In this document: positions 9,866-22,053 of the stretch, one piece after another
How the letters are laid out: every line of letters starts with the position of its first letter
How positions within the stretch are numbered: the first letter of the stretch is position 1
NCBI GenBank assembly: GCA_032718475.1
Contig: JAUCBJ010008563.1
Span: 1 to 60,297, forward strand
Source: Nemertoderma westbladi
Taxonomy: Eukaryota; Animalia; Xenacoelomorpha
Direction: 5' to 3'
DNA length: 60,297 bases
The notes under the pieces: model-generated
Databases searched by the model: none
What the model saw: only the letters and a program-made list of their open reading frames with translations
Told to the model about the DNA's origin: nothing
Program-made: the position numbers and the translations under genes

Positions 9866-12721
9866 CACCTTCGTTAACCTGATATTATTATCGCTTATTC
9901 TTGTAAAATTTAGTTTATTCGGTTTTTTGTTGAAACTTCGTTTTGATAAATCCTTTGTAAAACTGTAAATATACTGCAATTTCCTGACATGTTTTCTTTT
10001 GGTCCGACTTCGGGACAGCCGAACACCAGGGAGATGGCAGCCTAGACCGTTAGGCCGTAAGCAACGCAGGGAAGGGATGTCCACAACACGCTAGCGCCCA
10101 CATTTGGATTGACCGCGCACCCCCTTTGCCCCTTCGAAATACTCCACTTGCTATGCAGCGCCCGCTTTGTGAGAAGGTAAGACTTTGTTCGACGCCCTTG
10201 CCCGCCGTAAGACCTATAGATCAGGGTAAGCGTGACACCGCACTGGACGCCGCAAATTTAGGATCAAATAATTATATCCAGACACCCCCCCCCCCTTCTT
10301 GTCAGTCCTACGAACCCCTGGGTTAACCTGTACTTCCTACAGGTGCGAACTATTGCCATTCGTCAGTACGCGAGTACACATTAGGTACGGACAGCATACG
10401 TTCCATAATTTAGTGATTCATAGCACTGACTGTTTGGTACCGGTTCGCTTTGTAGAACGTACATTAGTACCCCCCCCCCCCCCTTGTCTGGAGTTAGCTA
10501 TTTGATCAGGCAAGGAGTATTTCTGCTACCGGCACACTGCTTGGCCTAGGGAGGTTTTATTAATATCCTACCGCGCCTTGCCACGTACTGATAGGTATTG
10601 CTGCTAACTACCGCAGCAACAAAGTTCTAGAATTAAATTAGTATACCAGATCAGCTAACGTACGGTAGCGATTAACCCCTATTCTTATCTTACAACCAGA
10701 ATCTGGTATTAGTGCCGATCACGGGTGTAGTTACTAACACTGTGGTTGCCCATTGGGTTGTGGATAGGAAGGAGAGAGCTTTGACGTCATTCGTGAGTAT
10801 AAAGTTCTACAAACGCGACTAGTTTATTTTAGTAGCTAGCGCACGGTATCATTTTAGTCAGAAAATCACTAAAACCTAGTAAAAGGAATTACACGAAATT
10901 GTTTTATTTGTAACACACCCACACACACACGCCCTAAAACATATCGCCCTTAAAGTTCTACTAGCTATAGCGTACTATACATTACTTTAGGTGGAAATTA
11001 TCTGTATTTGTAAAATTAGGATCTGATTTAGTTGCGGCAATAAGGAGTATTTCACTTTCGTTATTAAACTGTTGTTTGTCTGGACAACGGTATTGTTACA
11101 TTTAGGCCTGACCCTTTAGACTGATTTCGTACAGGGGGGTCAGTTATTGTTACATTTAGGTACGACCCCTTTTCGACTGATTTAGGACTGTCAGTGTTGT
11201 TACGCTAGGTCTGTTAACCCACTAGCTCGTATATAAACCATATAAATCACACCGCGGCAAGTTACTGTATTTAGGACTGTCAGTGATAGTTAGGATTCGC
11301 TGCGCGGGGATTGTTTTCCCGTGAGTTTGGTCTGTTACTGTAACTGTACATCTGCCTCACCGGTTAGAGGACAGGTATCCTTCTGTCTAGCACGTAGGCA
11401 TTCGACCCGCTCACGTACATAGAATAGATACAAGGCTCTGTTCCTCGCCAGTAGTCGTTTGTGTACTATATCTGTTTGTTTAGATATCCTGGACTGGGAT
11501 TTGTTGTCAGATACTGTACAAGCCCGTATACATTACTAGAGTCTCATAGTAAGATACATCGTTACTAGGATCTGGTAAGCGGTATACTACTGGACCCTTA
11601 CAGTAGGAAGTATTATTTCCTTTAGTTTAGAATTGTTAGCTATTGAAAGTAGGAGATATTTAAAATCTAAGGTTAGTAAATTTAGTAATTTAGAACGTCC
11701 CCTGCTTCAGTAGGCCTTTAGGGTAGCTAGTACTTTCGTATTTAATATTTGACTAGCTAATAGTTAGTTTGTAGCACTTTGTTTTACGCCGTGTGTGTGC
11801 GGTGTTACTTTTCGGTACTTGAAAAGGTACATAGGGTTTAAAGACCAATTTGTATCGGTACCTAGGAAGATTTTTCGTAAGCGTAGAAGTAAAACTCTCA
11901 CCTTCGACCTTTTCAGGACTCAAGGACTCATTTCTGGACCGCTTCGAGGATTAGACCGCTTTTCGCAAAGTTTGGGAGACAATAAATTCGTCCGCGCCGC
12001 CGAAAAACGGAAAGACCCACGTCCGGTTTGTATTTGGGAATTTGTACGACTGGAAGATCAAAGGAACGTAAGTTTTACGACTCGCGTCGTTCAAACTTAA
12101 GAAAGCACAGTAGTACTCAAAATTTGTGGGTTTCACTGTCTATTTAGTAGTGTTGTTGGTACATATTTTCCCGTTAGACGTTGCTGTTTGGCCTATTGTT
12201 TGTACTTGTTGATCTATATTTTGTTAACGTATACCGTTATCTCACTTATTCGTACAAATTTAGCCGGTAGGCTAGATTACTACTTATTTTATTATATACT
12301 TTGTTAGTTTATTTGTACCGGTTAGGGTATATATATGATATATATATATATCAAGGTAAGTTTGACATTTGTACATTTCGACATTTCGACATTCTGACTT
12401 GTTGATTTATTTGTACCGGTTAGGTAAGTTTGACACTTCAACATTCAGACACTTTGACATTTTATTACCCGTACTTGACGTATATAATAAGACATGAGTG
12501 ACACACCCCATTCGACGAGATACCCACCTACCGACTATGACTCGTGCGACCCGGACAGATCGACAGTAGACGAACCGAGAAGGAGAACCCGAGATTCCAC
12601 CGAGGTCACACCGCTTGCGTCGCCGGTACCCTGAACGGAAATACCGGAAACCGCAACGCGTGGCGACGGCAGGATCGAAGATTTCCTTACCGTCCCGCAG
12701 ACTAGATCGCGGGAACCGGAC

Positions 12722-15700
12722 ATGGTAAGTTCGACTGGAAGCCAGGAGAACGTTATTAGAAGTATAGGAGGACACATGGCCCAGATTACTCGGAACCTCG
12801 GAGAAGGTTTTCGCGTTTTACGCGAGTTAACCGCCCCGATGTCGAGATACGAGTTCTACACCTTACAGGTAAGGATAGAAAGTAGGGTACATGCCTCCGT
12901 AGATAAACTTAAAGGTTTGCACGAACTTGCAGAGTTGCGTGGCGACAACTTTACTCAGGTAAAGATAGTAGATAAATTGGTAAGTGCGAGAGAAAGCCTT
13001 ATCCAGTTTAAGTCGGTGATAAGATTGGCTCAACAGGAGCAGTTCGACCAACTGCTAGGTGAGTCAGTTTCGGACGCGTTGTTACAACCCGAAGAGGAAG
13101 AAGAACTCTACTGCCTGGACGGAAGGTTGGAAACGCTGACCAATTTTCTTCGTAGATGCGGCGTACCGATCGACGAACCGGAAATCGAACCGCGAGGGAC
13201 GACGGAAGTTCTCACTACGGAAGGCTCGCGAGCCTACCAACATCCACCACTGGATAGATCGTTCGTTAGCGTACGGAGCGACGTTGGCAACGTTGGCGAC
13301 GTTAGTAGAACAGCGTCTGGAATTACTCGACAACAACAGGAGGTTGCACGCCGACAACAAGTCGCCGAGGAAGAAGCGCAACTACAGATGGCACAGATCG
13401 CCATCGAAGGAGAAAAACAGCGCAGAGAGGATGTAGCGAAACTTGCGAAACTTCAAGCACAGGCTGAGTTCGAAGCATCAGAGATGCGGAGACTGGAGGA
13501 GGACTTAGCGCGAGAAGTGGCCGCGGCGGCAGCAGCCGACGAGTTAGCACGACAGGCGGCAGCTGACGAGTTAGCACGGAAGAAAGCAGCATCCGACGCT
13601 CGTGCCAAGTTGGAGGCGCGGCAAATAAACGCTCGATTAGCTATACAGGAAGCGGAATTAGCGGCACAACAACAGGACGCAGATCGACGCGAAAGGGAGA
13701 TGCAACTACAGTTCGAATTGAATCGTAGATCGCGCGAGACAGCGAACGCGCAAGCGGACCTCGAACTCGACGCGAGAGATAGATCTATGAGATCGCGAAC
13801 TGGACACGACTTGTCTGCCCTGGATCGTATGGAAGCTCGATATCGCGGAATACAGAAGCGGATCGAGGAAGGAAGCGTGGGAGCGATAGATCGAGGAGAG
13901 GAGTTCGTCGGGGATTACTGTAAACGTTTTCCCCAAGTTATTCCTATGCTCAAACCCACGACTCCGATGGAGCCGGTCTTTGTTACGAAACCTAAGGAAA
14001 TAACGCCTGTGCGTTCGACGCAAGGCAACAGGTTTGTTGTGACGGAATTACCGCAACCTAGGGCGACTTCATCGCCAATCTTAGCAGGTAACGTAACTAG
14101 TCCACCTACAGTAAGTCGTAGTTTACTTGTAGAGAGAGACGAACCTGCGTTTATGACAGTAAAACAGGTGAGTAAACCATTACAAGTTAAACCTGTGACG
14201 TGCTGCGCGAACCCAGTCATTTATAAACCTACAGTAGAGCTTAACTCTGATGTTTTTACTAGACCTCTCACCCAATGTTTATCGAGACCTACGACTTCGT
14301 GGAAGGCTTGCGAGCCTACCGAACAACGGAGGAGGATGGATGTAGGTAGTACCCACAGGATCGAACCGAGTTCAACGAGACCTACGACTACGTGGAAGGC
14401 TTGCGAGCCTACCGAACAACGAGGAGCCGTAGATCCCAGACCACGACGAACTCGACCAAGAATAATACGCCGGACGCGAACCCGCCAACCACCTTATCCG
14501 GACGACAGCGATTCATCCAGTGACTCGGAGTCGACGGAACGGGAAATATTCCGTACTGGAGCGGCAGCGGCAGCGGATTACAAACGGGAGGAACGGTCGA
14601 CGAACCCCTATATCGACAATCCTCCACGAGAAACACCCCAACAGAAACCCACGTTGAAACCAGCGGAAACGATCAGCGCCAAACAGTTCACCGAGATGAC
14701 GGACAGAATAGCTCAACTCGAAGAACGACTCGAAGCGCAACCGTCGGATCGATCACGAACCAGCGTGGAGTTGGAACAACCTAGACAACATCGACCACCG
14801 AGGAGAGAACAGGAGACTAGACGGACTCCGACACATCGAGAGGAAGATCCCGTTAATAATTCCTACCGACGAACAACGCGCGGAAGGGAGCGACTGGACG
14901 ACGCCACCGAACAGGGACGCGGACAGTTGGATTTAGTTAGCGAGATTGCGAAATTCGCGGCTAGACACGGATTACCGGCACAGCAACCGCCGAAGTTCTC
15001 TGGCAACGCGAAACACTGGCGCACACTGGTAGACTACGTAGAGTCCCAGATCGCTAAGTGTGCTTTCACCTCGACGGAGAAGTTTAACTACTTGCTCCAA
15101 GTCCTGTCTGGTGAGCCGAAACGATTAGCGGAAACCTTTATTGGTGTTCCCGATGCCTTTGAGTTGGCGTACGACCGTTTATATTCGATTTACGGAGGTA
15201 ATGTCGCCATGGCTAAATCCATCATTGAAGACCTCTGCAGAGGAGGCAACATTTCGAGACCGATCGACCTTTTACGACTCGCGGACGAAATAAAGAACGC
15301 TATAGGGACTTTACGGTCCATTGGACAACTCGAGTACGCTAACGCACCGACGGTTCTCATTCGAATAATCGGTCGACTTCACCATCGACTACGACGAGAA
15401 TGGCGACGCATCGAGTACCAGCGCGAAGAGGCCGGAGGGTTATTAAAACTCACCGATGTCTATCAACTTATTTCACGGGAGGCCGTGATCGAGACTCGAT
15501 CAAACTATACCGATCACCATATCGCGGCGGAAGGGATAACTGTTTCTGCGCCGAATCGGACTAAACCATTTCCGACGAACGCGAAAGCCGTTACTTACGC
15601 CACCCCTACTGAGACTTCTAAAGTTCTGACGCCTATCGGCACCACGCAGCCACGACAACAGTTGCCGGCGGACTTTGTGGGATGCTCGTACTGCGAGCGG

Positions 15701-18700
15701 AACGGCAGAAACCATAGCGGACATAAACTACGTGGATGTCGCGCTTTTAAAGAGTTGGGGATCGAGGAGAGGAGACTCCAAATCCGATCTCTAGATTCCT
15801 GTTGGAGATGTATGAAGCCAGGACACGTCCGGAAGGATTGCCCGAGCGACGATACATGTTCTCTGTGTGGACGTAACCATGACGCGTTGCTTCACACGAC
15901 CAGTCATACTCCGACCAGACGCTTTCGACGAGAGCATCCCGATAAAGCGGCTAGATGCGACGCGCTTTATAAGGAGCGTGCGCCGCGCGAGATCCGTACC
16001 TTTTATACCGACTGTATGGATCAGTCAGGATCATCGGACGAGGACGAGGAGGAAGACGACACTTTCTACGTGCATGCAGGTGAGGAACAGCCATCGATAA
16101 CGCTCCTCACACAGAACCAATTGAAAGGGTTTAGCGTGATTCCTATAAAGATTACCGGAACCCGAGGGAGCAAGCGTATATACGCCATCTTAGACTCTGC
16201 GTCATCGCATAGCTATGTCGACGAACAAGTAGCCAACGTAGTTACGGACTTGAGTCAAGGTAAGACTGCTCAGTATACTGTAAGCAGCATGCATGGTAAG
16301 AGAGCGATTCCTGTGACAAGAGTAAAACTAACCTTAGACACTCTTCTTTCCAAAGCGGAACACAGCAAGGAGGAGCGCTCATTACTTCCGGTAAGAAATT
16401 TGACCTTTGCAGCTACGAAGGACTTTAGTAACTTGCTCGGCCCTGTGCCAGAGCAATCACCGGAAGATCGTAAGTATTTCCGACACCTTGGAATACCGGA
16501 ATGTCCTGTCAATTATCGTTCAATTGCGATGTTAATTGGGACAGACCAGTTTAACTTACATCAGGTATGGGAGACACGCCCATCTGTTATTACAGCGGGC
16601 AACCCCTACGCATGTAGAACTCCCATAGGTTGGTATACTAGAGCACCAATACGTTCACTAGAGGTAAGTGACCAGGAGGACGACGTTTTGAGTACGTGTA
16701 GTTTATTGACTAACACGATAGATAATTCTCCTTCACACTCCTGTGGTCCAATTGTACGGACGGCACTACGACAGACTTGCGTCACTAACGCAGACGCCAC
16801 CGATACTGACGTAACCGATCTGGACACGACCATACGGACCTCTGACTTACAACTACTTGCAGTAGACCAGGTTGTATTGACTACTGAAGACCTGAGGGTT
16901 GTTGCCGTGGATGACTCGATGAACGAGGATTTTGGAAGGCTTGCGAGCCTACCGAAAAATCCGAAGGTCATTGACCCCACCCACCAGGCTTCGACACCGG
17001 TCGTTGATCTTGGAAGGCTTGCGAGCCTACCGATAGATCAAGAAGTTGTCAAACCGCCGCACGACAATTCGACGCCGACTAGTGACACCGGAAGGCTTGC
17101 GAGCCTACCAGACACATTGACACTAGCCACCGCAGCGGACGAAGACGTGGACGAGGACCATGGCGCAGTGCAAGCAGCGCTTGACCGACTGCTGACTGAA
17201 CGGACCATTCAATGGTTGGAACAGGACTCAGCAGAACCCGGTAGTTACGAGACCGCTATGTCAGAACAGGAAAAACGGTCATTAAATATTATGAGAGATA
17301 CCATTCGCCAGACCGCGAATGGCCACTATGAGGTTGGTATGTTGTGGCGCGATGGACAACCTAAGCTCGTTAACAATTACCCGCTTGCTTTGAGGCGACT
17401 CAAATCAATAAGGCAGCGATTGTTGCGAGACGAGACGGCCCATATGCAATACAATGCACAACTTCAGACGTATCTCCAAAAGGGATACGCCATTAGGATG
17501 TTAAATCCTGAGGTAACCACAGACCAGACATATTACCTGCCACATCATTTTGTTCGACACCCGGACAAACCTGGCAAGGTGCGTGTAGTCAACGACTGCG
17601 CTGCGCTTTACCAAGGGATGTCTATGAATAGCGAACTGATGGACGGGCCGAATATGAATAATTACCTCATGGGAGTCCTAATGCGTTTTAGACAACGCAA
17701 AGTGGCTTTCACCTGTGACGTAGAGGCCATGTTTCACCAGGTTAAGGCTTTGGAGCGGGACAGGGACAGTTTGAGGTTTCTTTGGTATCCGGACGGAAAC
17801 TTACAACTTCCGCCAGAAACTTACCAAATGCAGGTAAGAGTATTTGGAGCCAGGGACAGCCCCAACTGCACCATGTACGCATTAAAGCAGACAGCATTGG
17901 ACAGACGAGACCAATTTGACCCAGAAGTAGTTCGGACCGTGGAACGAGATTTCTACGTGGATGACGGCCTCAAGAGTTGTGACACCTTGGAGCGCGCTAC
18001 AACCGTAGCACACCAACTCCAGGATTGTCTCGCTGAGGGCGGATTTCACCTGACGAAGTTCGCTTCCAACGAACCCGAACTGGTGAACTCATTTGACCCG
18101 ATGGATCGTAGCGGAGGTGATTTAGACTTAGACCTAGAACCTCTGCCGACGACCAAAGTATTAGGACTTAGTTGGGACCCTAACACCGACAATTTTAGGG
18201 TACGTGTAAGGTCCAACGACCAGACTAGACCTCTCACTAAGAGGACTTGCTTATCGACCATGAGTCGATTGTATGACCCATTGTGTTTCATTAGTCCAGT
18301 GATCCTACATGCCAGGATCATACTCCGCAGCATTTGGCAAGCCGGACTGGAATGGGACGATCCCATCCCAGAAAAGTTAGCTGAGCGATGGAGGGACTGG
18401 GAAGCCCAACTGACGTTCCTACAAGACTATACCATACCGAGGGTATACTTTCCTTTGCAAACCACCTTTCCTGCCGATTTAGAGCTTCACAGCTTTAGTG
18501 ACGCTAGCAAGGATGGATTGGGGGTTACCTTATACCTTAGACGACAAGTGACATCGGACAGCTACGATGTATCTCTCGTTACTTCAAGAGCTAGAACAAT
18601 GCCATTGAAGTATATGACTGTACCTCGTGGGGAGCTGCAAGCCGGGACGATATCCACCGATATTGTCAGTCTAGTTCAACGCGAGCTGGAGGCTAACTTG

Positions 18701-21373
18701 AAGGTCACATATTGGACGGATGCGACGTTGGTACTTTGGTACATAAACAACGAAACATTCGAGTTCAAGACTTTCGTAGCCAACAGACGGGCTGAAATAC
18801 TAGACCGGTCGCTCAAACAAGATTGGCGTCACTGTCCAGGGAAGCTGAACCCAGCTGACATCGCGTCACGGGGGATGCAACCACTCGACTTTTGTAAACC
18901 GGACAATAAATCCTTTTGGTTTAGAGGACCCGATTTCCTACAGCGACCATCAGACGAATGGCCACCGTTATTCGACGCGACAACCAACACCATACCAGAG
19001 GGTGCCGAGATAAAACTCGACAAGGTTGTCAAGTCTAAAGCGAAAGCCAACGCCAAGGTCAAGAGGAAAAAAGGACGGACGAAATCTGATGACCTGGACG
19101 CTAGACCTGACATTACGCCAGACGTCTCACCAGACATTCGACCAGACGCTTGTATGAATCCTTCGCCGGATGTTCCGCGGGAGATTTCACCAGACGTTTC
19201 GCCGGATTGTTCACCAGATTACTCGCCAGATTATTCACCAGAAGAGACACCAGATTGTTCTCCGGATTGTTCGCCAGATTGTTTGATGGAACTCTCGACA
19301 GAATGTCTACCGGACGTCTCACCAGACTGTTCGCCAGACATCTCGACAGACTGTCCACCAGACTGTCCACCAGACTTTGAACCAGACTTTCTGATAGAAG
19401 TTACGCTAGACAGACTTTGGGACCGACGACAGGACATTTCGCCGGATGTTCCGCGCTATGTCTCACCAGACGTCTCACCAGACGCTTCACCAGACTGTCT
19501 ACTAGACACTCCATTAGAAGACCCATTGGAGCGGACATTTAGAGACGTACCGAATTTGACTTCTTTGGACGACAGAGATGTGGCCACAGGGATTACACTC
19601 CGCTCGAAGAAGGTACTTGACTTACCTACAGGTAAGCGTGTGACTAAGGTTAGGAAGCTTACAGGCTCACAGGAACACACTGACACTGTAGAGTTGAAAC
19701 CATTACTGCCAGTCGACACATTAGGTGCGGACGGTAAAGGTAAGACCGTAGAGATTGACGTACTTGGGGACTCAGACAAACCTACCGGAAGGCCCGTGGG
19801 CCTACCAAGTCCAGACAAGTATACACACTACGACTACACCTTACCCGATGACGTCACTAACACTTACGTTGACAGGATAGTGAACCTAACTAGATCATGG
19901 ACTGACGCGTGCCGCAAGTTAGCATGGCTCAAACGATTGAGACAATATGCCAGAGGCAAACGCGACTTTCCTAGAAGACTTACCTTAAAGGAAATTGAAC
20001 ACTGTGAAGTTGATATCATCAGACATTATCAATTGCGATATTTCGCACGAGAGTTCACAGCGATCAAACAAGGTAAACAGATTAAGTCTTCACCGATTTT
20101 GAGTTGGAGTCCGATTATTTACCGGGGCTTACTTTGTCACAAGTCCAGACTCCAAAACATCGACTTTGCACTTGACTTTAGGTATCCTATCATCATACCG
20201 CAACACCATGAGTTACAGCGCGCTATGATACTGGACGCACATGTACAACTCAAACACGTAGGTAGACACCACTGTCTATCACACTTACGCTCGAGGTTTG
20301 TACTGATTAGACCTAGTAAGGCACTGAGTTCAGTAACACGGAACTGTATTATTTGTAAGAAGGTGCACGCGAGGATAGGACACCAAGAAATGAGTGAACT
20401 ACCATTAGCTAGATTACAGGCGTTTAGACCCCCTTTCACTGAGACAGGGATAGACTGTTTTGGACCCATAATCGCGAAACGCGGAAGGGTACAGGTAAAA
20501 CGTTGGGGATTGATCTTCACTTGCATGGCCAGCAGAGCTGTCCATATAGAGCGAGTGACAGACTTGTCCACCAATGCCTTTATCCTAGCCTTACGGCGAT
20601 TTATCGCTAGACGTGGATTGGTCAAATCCATATACTGCGACCAAGGGACAAACTTTGTGGGTGCACGGAACGAGATAACCAGAGCTTTGAGAAAATTGGA
20701 CCAAAACCAGATTTCCGAGGAACTACGTCCTCACCGTATTGTTTGGTTTTTCAATACTCCAGACAGTCCGTGGAGAGGCGGCGTTTGGGAAAGGCTGATT
20801 GGCTCAATTAAAACAGCTATGGCTAAAGTCGTACCGACGCAACACATCTTGACAGACGACCAACTGACGACGTTACTAGTAGAAATCGAAGCAATCTTAA
20901 ATACCAGACCGATCGCTTTGATCCCAGACAATAACGACGTACAGTTTGCCTTGACACCAGCGCACCTGCTTATGCAGGCGCCGACGACATTGTTGCCCAT
21001 TTCGGTACCCGTTGATAGTGACGGATACGGCAACAAAGCTTGGAAAATCACTCAATTACTTGCAAATAAATTCTGGGAAATATGGCAGAAATATTATTTG
21101 CCCTCTATTTCGACCAGAACCTCTTGGTATCTAAATACCCGGTGTTTAAGACGTGGTGACCATGTTTTATTGGCTGAAGCTAATCTGAGAAGACGGTTTT
21201 GGCTGACTGGAGTCATTTTGACCACGCACCCTACATCTGGTGTAGTGAGGACAGTTACTGTACGGACTATCGACGGACGTACCGTAGATAGGCCTGTACA
21301 ACGTCTCGTACTCCTTGAGGAGACTAGAAACGAGACGGGAGACTACAAATCTCCACCCAATATTAGTAAATAG
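12722..21373 (+). CDS. BEL/Pao Gag-PR-RT-RNase H-integrase polyprotein (2883 aa)
   Basis: Gag PPKFSGN; three Cys/His knuckles (CSYC..H..C, CWRC..GH..C, CSLC..H..LLH); protease AILDSAS; RT YYLPHH, CDVEAMF, FYVDD; RNase H HSFSDAS, WTDA, NPADIASRG; integrase H-H-CIIC, GIDCFGP, CDQGTNF, GVWERLI. Confidence 0.97.
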   Translation: MVSSTGSQENVIRSIGGHMAQITRNLGEGFRVLRELTAPMSRYEFYTLQVRIESRVHASVDKLKGLHELAELRGDNFTQVKIVDKLVSARESLIQFKSVIRLAQQEQFDQLLGESVSDALLQPEEEEELYCLDGRLETLTNFLRRCGVPIDEPEIEPRGTTEVLTTEGSRAYQHPPLDRSFVSVRSDVGNVGDVSRTASGITRQQQEVARRQQVAEEEAQLQMAQIAIEGEKQRREDVAKLAKLQAQAEFEASEMRRLEEDLAREVAAAAAADELARQAAADELARKKAASDARAKLEARQINARLAIQEAELAAQQQDADRREREMQLQFELNRRSRETANAQADLELDARDRSMRSRTGHDLSALDRMEARYRGIQKRIEEGSVGAIDRGEEFVGDYCKRFPQVIPMLKPTTPMEPVFVTKPKEITPVRSTQGNRFVVTELPQPRATSSPILAGNVTSPPTVSRSLLVERDEPAFMTVKQVSKPLQVKPVTCCANPVIYKPTVELNSDVFTRPLTQCLSRPTTSWKACEPTEQRRRMDVGSTHRIEPSSTRPTTTWKACEPTEQRGAVDPRPRRTRPRIIRRTRTRQPPYPDDSDSSSDSESTEREIFRTGAAAAADYKREERSTNPYIDNPPRETPQQKPTLKPAETISAKQFTEMTDRIAQLEERLEAQPSDRSRTSVELEQPRQHRPPRREQETRRTPTHREEDPVNNSYRRTTRGRERLDDATEQGRGQLDLVSEIAKFAARHGLPAQQPPKFSGNAKHWRTLVDYVESQIAKCAFTSTEKFNYLLQVLSGEPKRLAETFIGVPDAFELAYDRLYSIYGGNVAMAKSIIEDLCRGGNISRPIDLLRLADEIKNAIGTLRSIGQLEYANAPTVLIRIIGRLHHRLRREWRRIEYQREEAGGLLKLTDVYQLISREAVIETRSNYTDHHIAAEGITVSAPNRTKPFPTNAKAVTYATPTETSKVLTPIGTTQPRQQLPADFVGCSYCERNGRNHSGHKLRGCRAFKELGIEERRLQIRSLDSCWRCMKPGHVRKDCPSDDTCSLCGRNHDALLHTTSHTPTRRFRREHPDKAARCDALYKERAPREIRTFYTDCMDQSGSSDEDEEEDDTFYVHAGEEQPSITLLTQNQLKGFSVIPIKITGTRGSKRIYAILDSASSHSYVDEQVANVVTDLSQGKTAQYTVSSMHGKRAIPVTRVKLTLDTLLSKAEHSKEERSLLPVRNLTFAATKDFSNLLGPVPEQSPEDRKYFRHLGIPECPVNYRSIAMLIGTDQFNLHQVWETRPSVITAGNPYACRTPIGWYTRAPIRSLEVSDQEDDVLSTCSLLTNTIDNSPSHSCGPIVRTALRQTCVTNADATDTDVTDLDTTIRTSDLQLLAVDQVVLTTEDLRVVAVDDSMNEDFGRLASLPKNPKVIDPTHQASTPVVDLGRLASLPIDQEVVKPPHDNSTPTSDTGRLASLPDTLTLATAADEDVDEDHGAVQAALDRLLTERTIQWLEQDSAEPGSYETAMSEQEKRSLNIMRDTIRQTANGHYEVGMLWRDGQPKLVNNYPLALRRLKSIRQRLLRDETAHMQYNAQLQTYLQKGYAIRMLNPEVTTDQTYYLPHHFVRHPDKPGKVRVVNDCAALYQGMSMNSELMDGPNMNNYLMGVLMRFRQRKVAFTCDVEAMFHQVKALERDRDSLRFLWYPDGNLQLPPETYQMQVRVFGARDSPNCTMYALKQTALDRRDQFDPEVVRTVERDFYVDDGLKSCDTLERATTVAHQLQDCLAEGGFHLTKFASNEPELVNSFDPMDRSGGDLDLDLEPLPTTKVLGLSWDPNTDNFRVRVRSNDQTRPLTKRTCLSTMSRLYDPLCFISPVILHARIILRSIWQAGLEWDDPIPEKLAERWRDWEAQLTFLQDYTIPRVYFPLQTTFPADLELHSFSDASKDGLGVTLYLRRQVTSDSYDVSLVTSRARTMPLKYMTVPRGELQAGTISTDIVSLVQRELEANLKVTYWTDATLVLWYINNETFEFKTFVANRRAEILDRSLKQDWRHCPGKLNPADIASRGMQPLDFCKPDNKSFWFRGPDFLQRPSDEWPPLFDATTNTIPEGAEIKLDKVVKSKAKANAKVKRKKGRTKSDDLDARPDITPDVSPDIRPDACMNPSPDVPREISPDVSPDCSPDYSPDYSPEETPDCSPDCSPDCLMELSTECLPDVSPDCSPDISTDCPPDCPPDFEPDFLIEVTLDRLWDRRQDISPDVPRYVSPDVSPDASPDCLLDTPLEDPLERTFRDVPNLTSLDDRDVATGITLRSKKVLDLPTGKRVTKVRKLTGSQEHTDTVELKPLLPVDTLGADGKGKTVEIDVLGDSDKPTGRPVGLPSPDKYTHYDYTLPDDVTNTYVDRIVNLTRSWTDACRKLAWLKRLRQYARGKRDFPRRLTLKEIEHCEVDIIRHYQLRYFAREFTAIKQGKQIKSSPILSWSPIIYRGLLCHKSRLQNIDFALDFRYPIIIPQHHELQRAMILDAHVQLKHVGRHHCLSHLRSRFVLIRPSKALSSVTRNCIICKKVHARIGHQEMSELPLARLQAFRPPFTETGIDCFGPIIAKRGRVQVKRWGLIFTCMASRAVHIERVTDLSTNAFILALRRFIARRGLVKSIYCDQGTNFVGARNEITRALRKLDQNQISEELRPHRIVWFFNTPDSPWRGGVWERLIGSIKTAMAKVVPTQHILTDDQLTTLLVEIEAILNTRPIALIPDNNDVQFALTPAHLLMQAPTTLLPISVPVDSDGYGNKAWKITQLLANKFWEIWQKYYLPSISTRTSWYLNTRCLRRGDHVLLAEANLRRRFWLTGVILTTHPTSGVVRTVTVRTIDGRTVDRPVQRLVLLEETRNETGDYKSPPNISK

Positions 21374-22053
21374 ATGTGGGACCTTTGTTGGCCGCCACAT
21401 AGACCTACTGTATTTTAGTTATTTGTATTTGTATTACTGTACGTGCATTTGAAATCCTCTTCACTGTAGATAGAGACAGCGGTGGAATTCCATTGTCTTT
21501 ATACGTGAACATGGAGGGTAGTACCCTTATGTATCACATAGGAGCGGGATTGTGTGTACAGTAGGAATGGAATTCCACTTGGAACCCACAAGTGAGACAT
21601 TTTTCAAAAATTATTAGACAAATCCATTTAGTTGGATTTAAATTTAAGAAAAACGATTCTCCAGTGAAAGCAAATTCTAGAATACAGCTAGAAAAATTAA
21701 AATTGGGGAGGACAAGAGCGGATGGAAGGCTTGCGAGCCTACCGATAAAATTTTTTTTTTTGGGAAAAGAAAATCGGTCTTGTTCTACGTAGTCGTGTCT
21801 ACTATTATTTTGACCAATTAATTCTCGACTGCATTATTTTCTTGGGAAACGTAGTTTGGGAAATTAAAAGGTGAGTATTTTAGACTCACGGCTAGTTTAC
21901 CCGGAATTCGTTTTTTATCGGCACAATTTTGGATTAGGAGCCAGTGCGAAATCACGCGAACCCGAAGTCATTAGGCAAAATGGGTTGGGGTTTAGAGCAG
22001 AGTTGAGCCAAAAGCCGACAAACTCTAAGTCACCTCACATCTAACCTCTGTTT

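Larger units (their letters stand above)
9332..11602 (+). repeat. 5' LTR (2271 bp)
   Basis: Begins TGATGAATT, ends CCCTTACA; near-identical to the 3' LTR (I noticed two substitutions and two 1-bp poly-C length differences). Confidence 0.95.

Noticed and set aside
213-21400. Short antisense and alternative-frame ORFs overlapping the PLE and BEL ORFs or inside the LTRs
   Set aside because: Shadow ORFs with no recognisable motifs; LTR ORFs change frame with poly-C length between the two LTRs.
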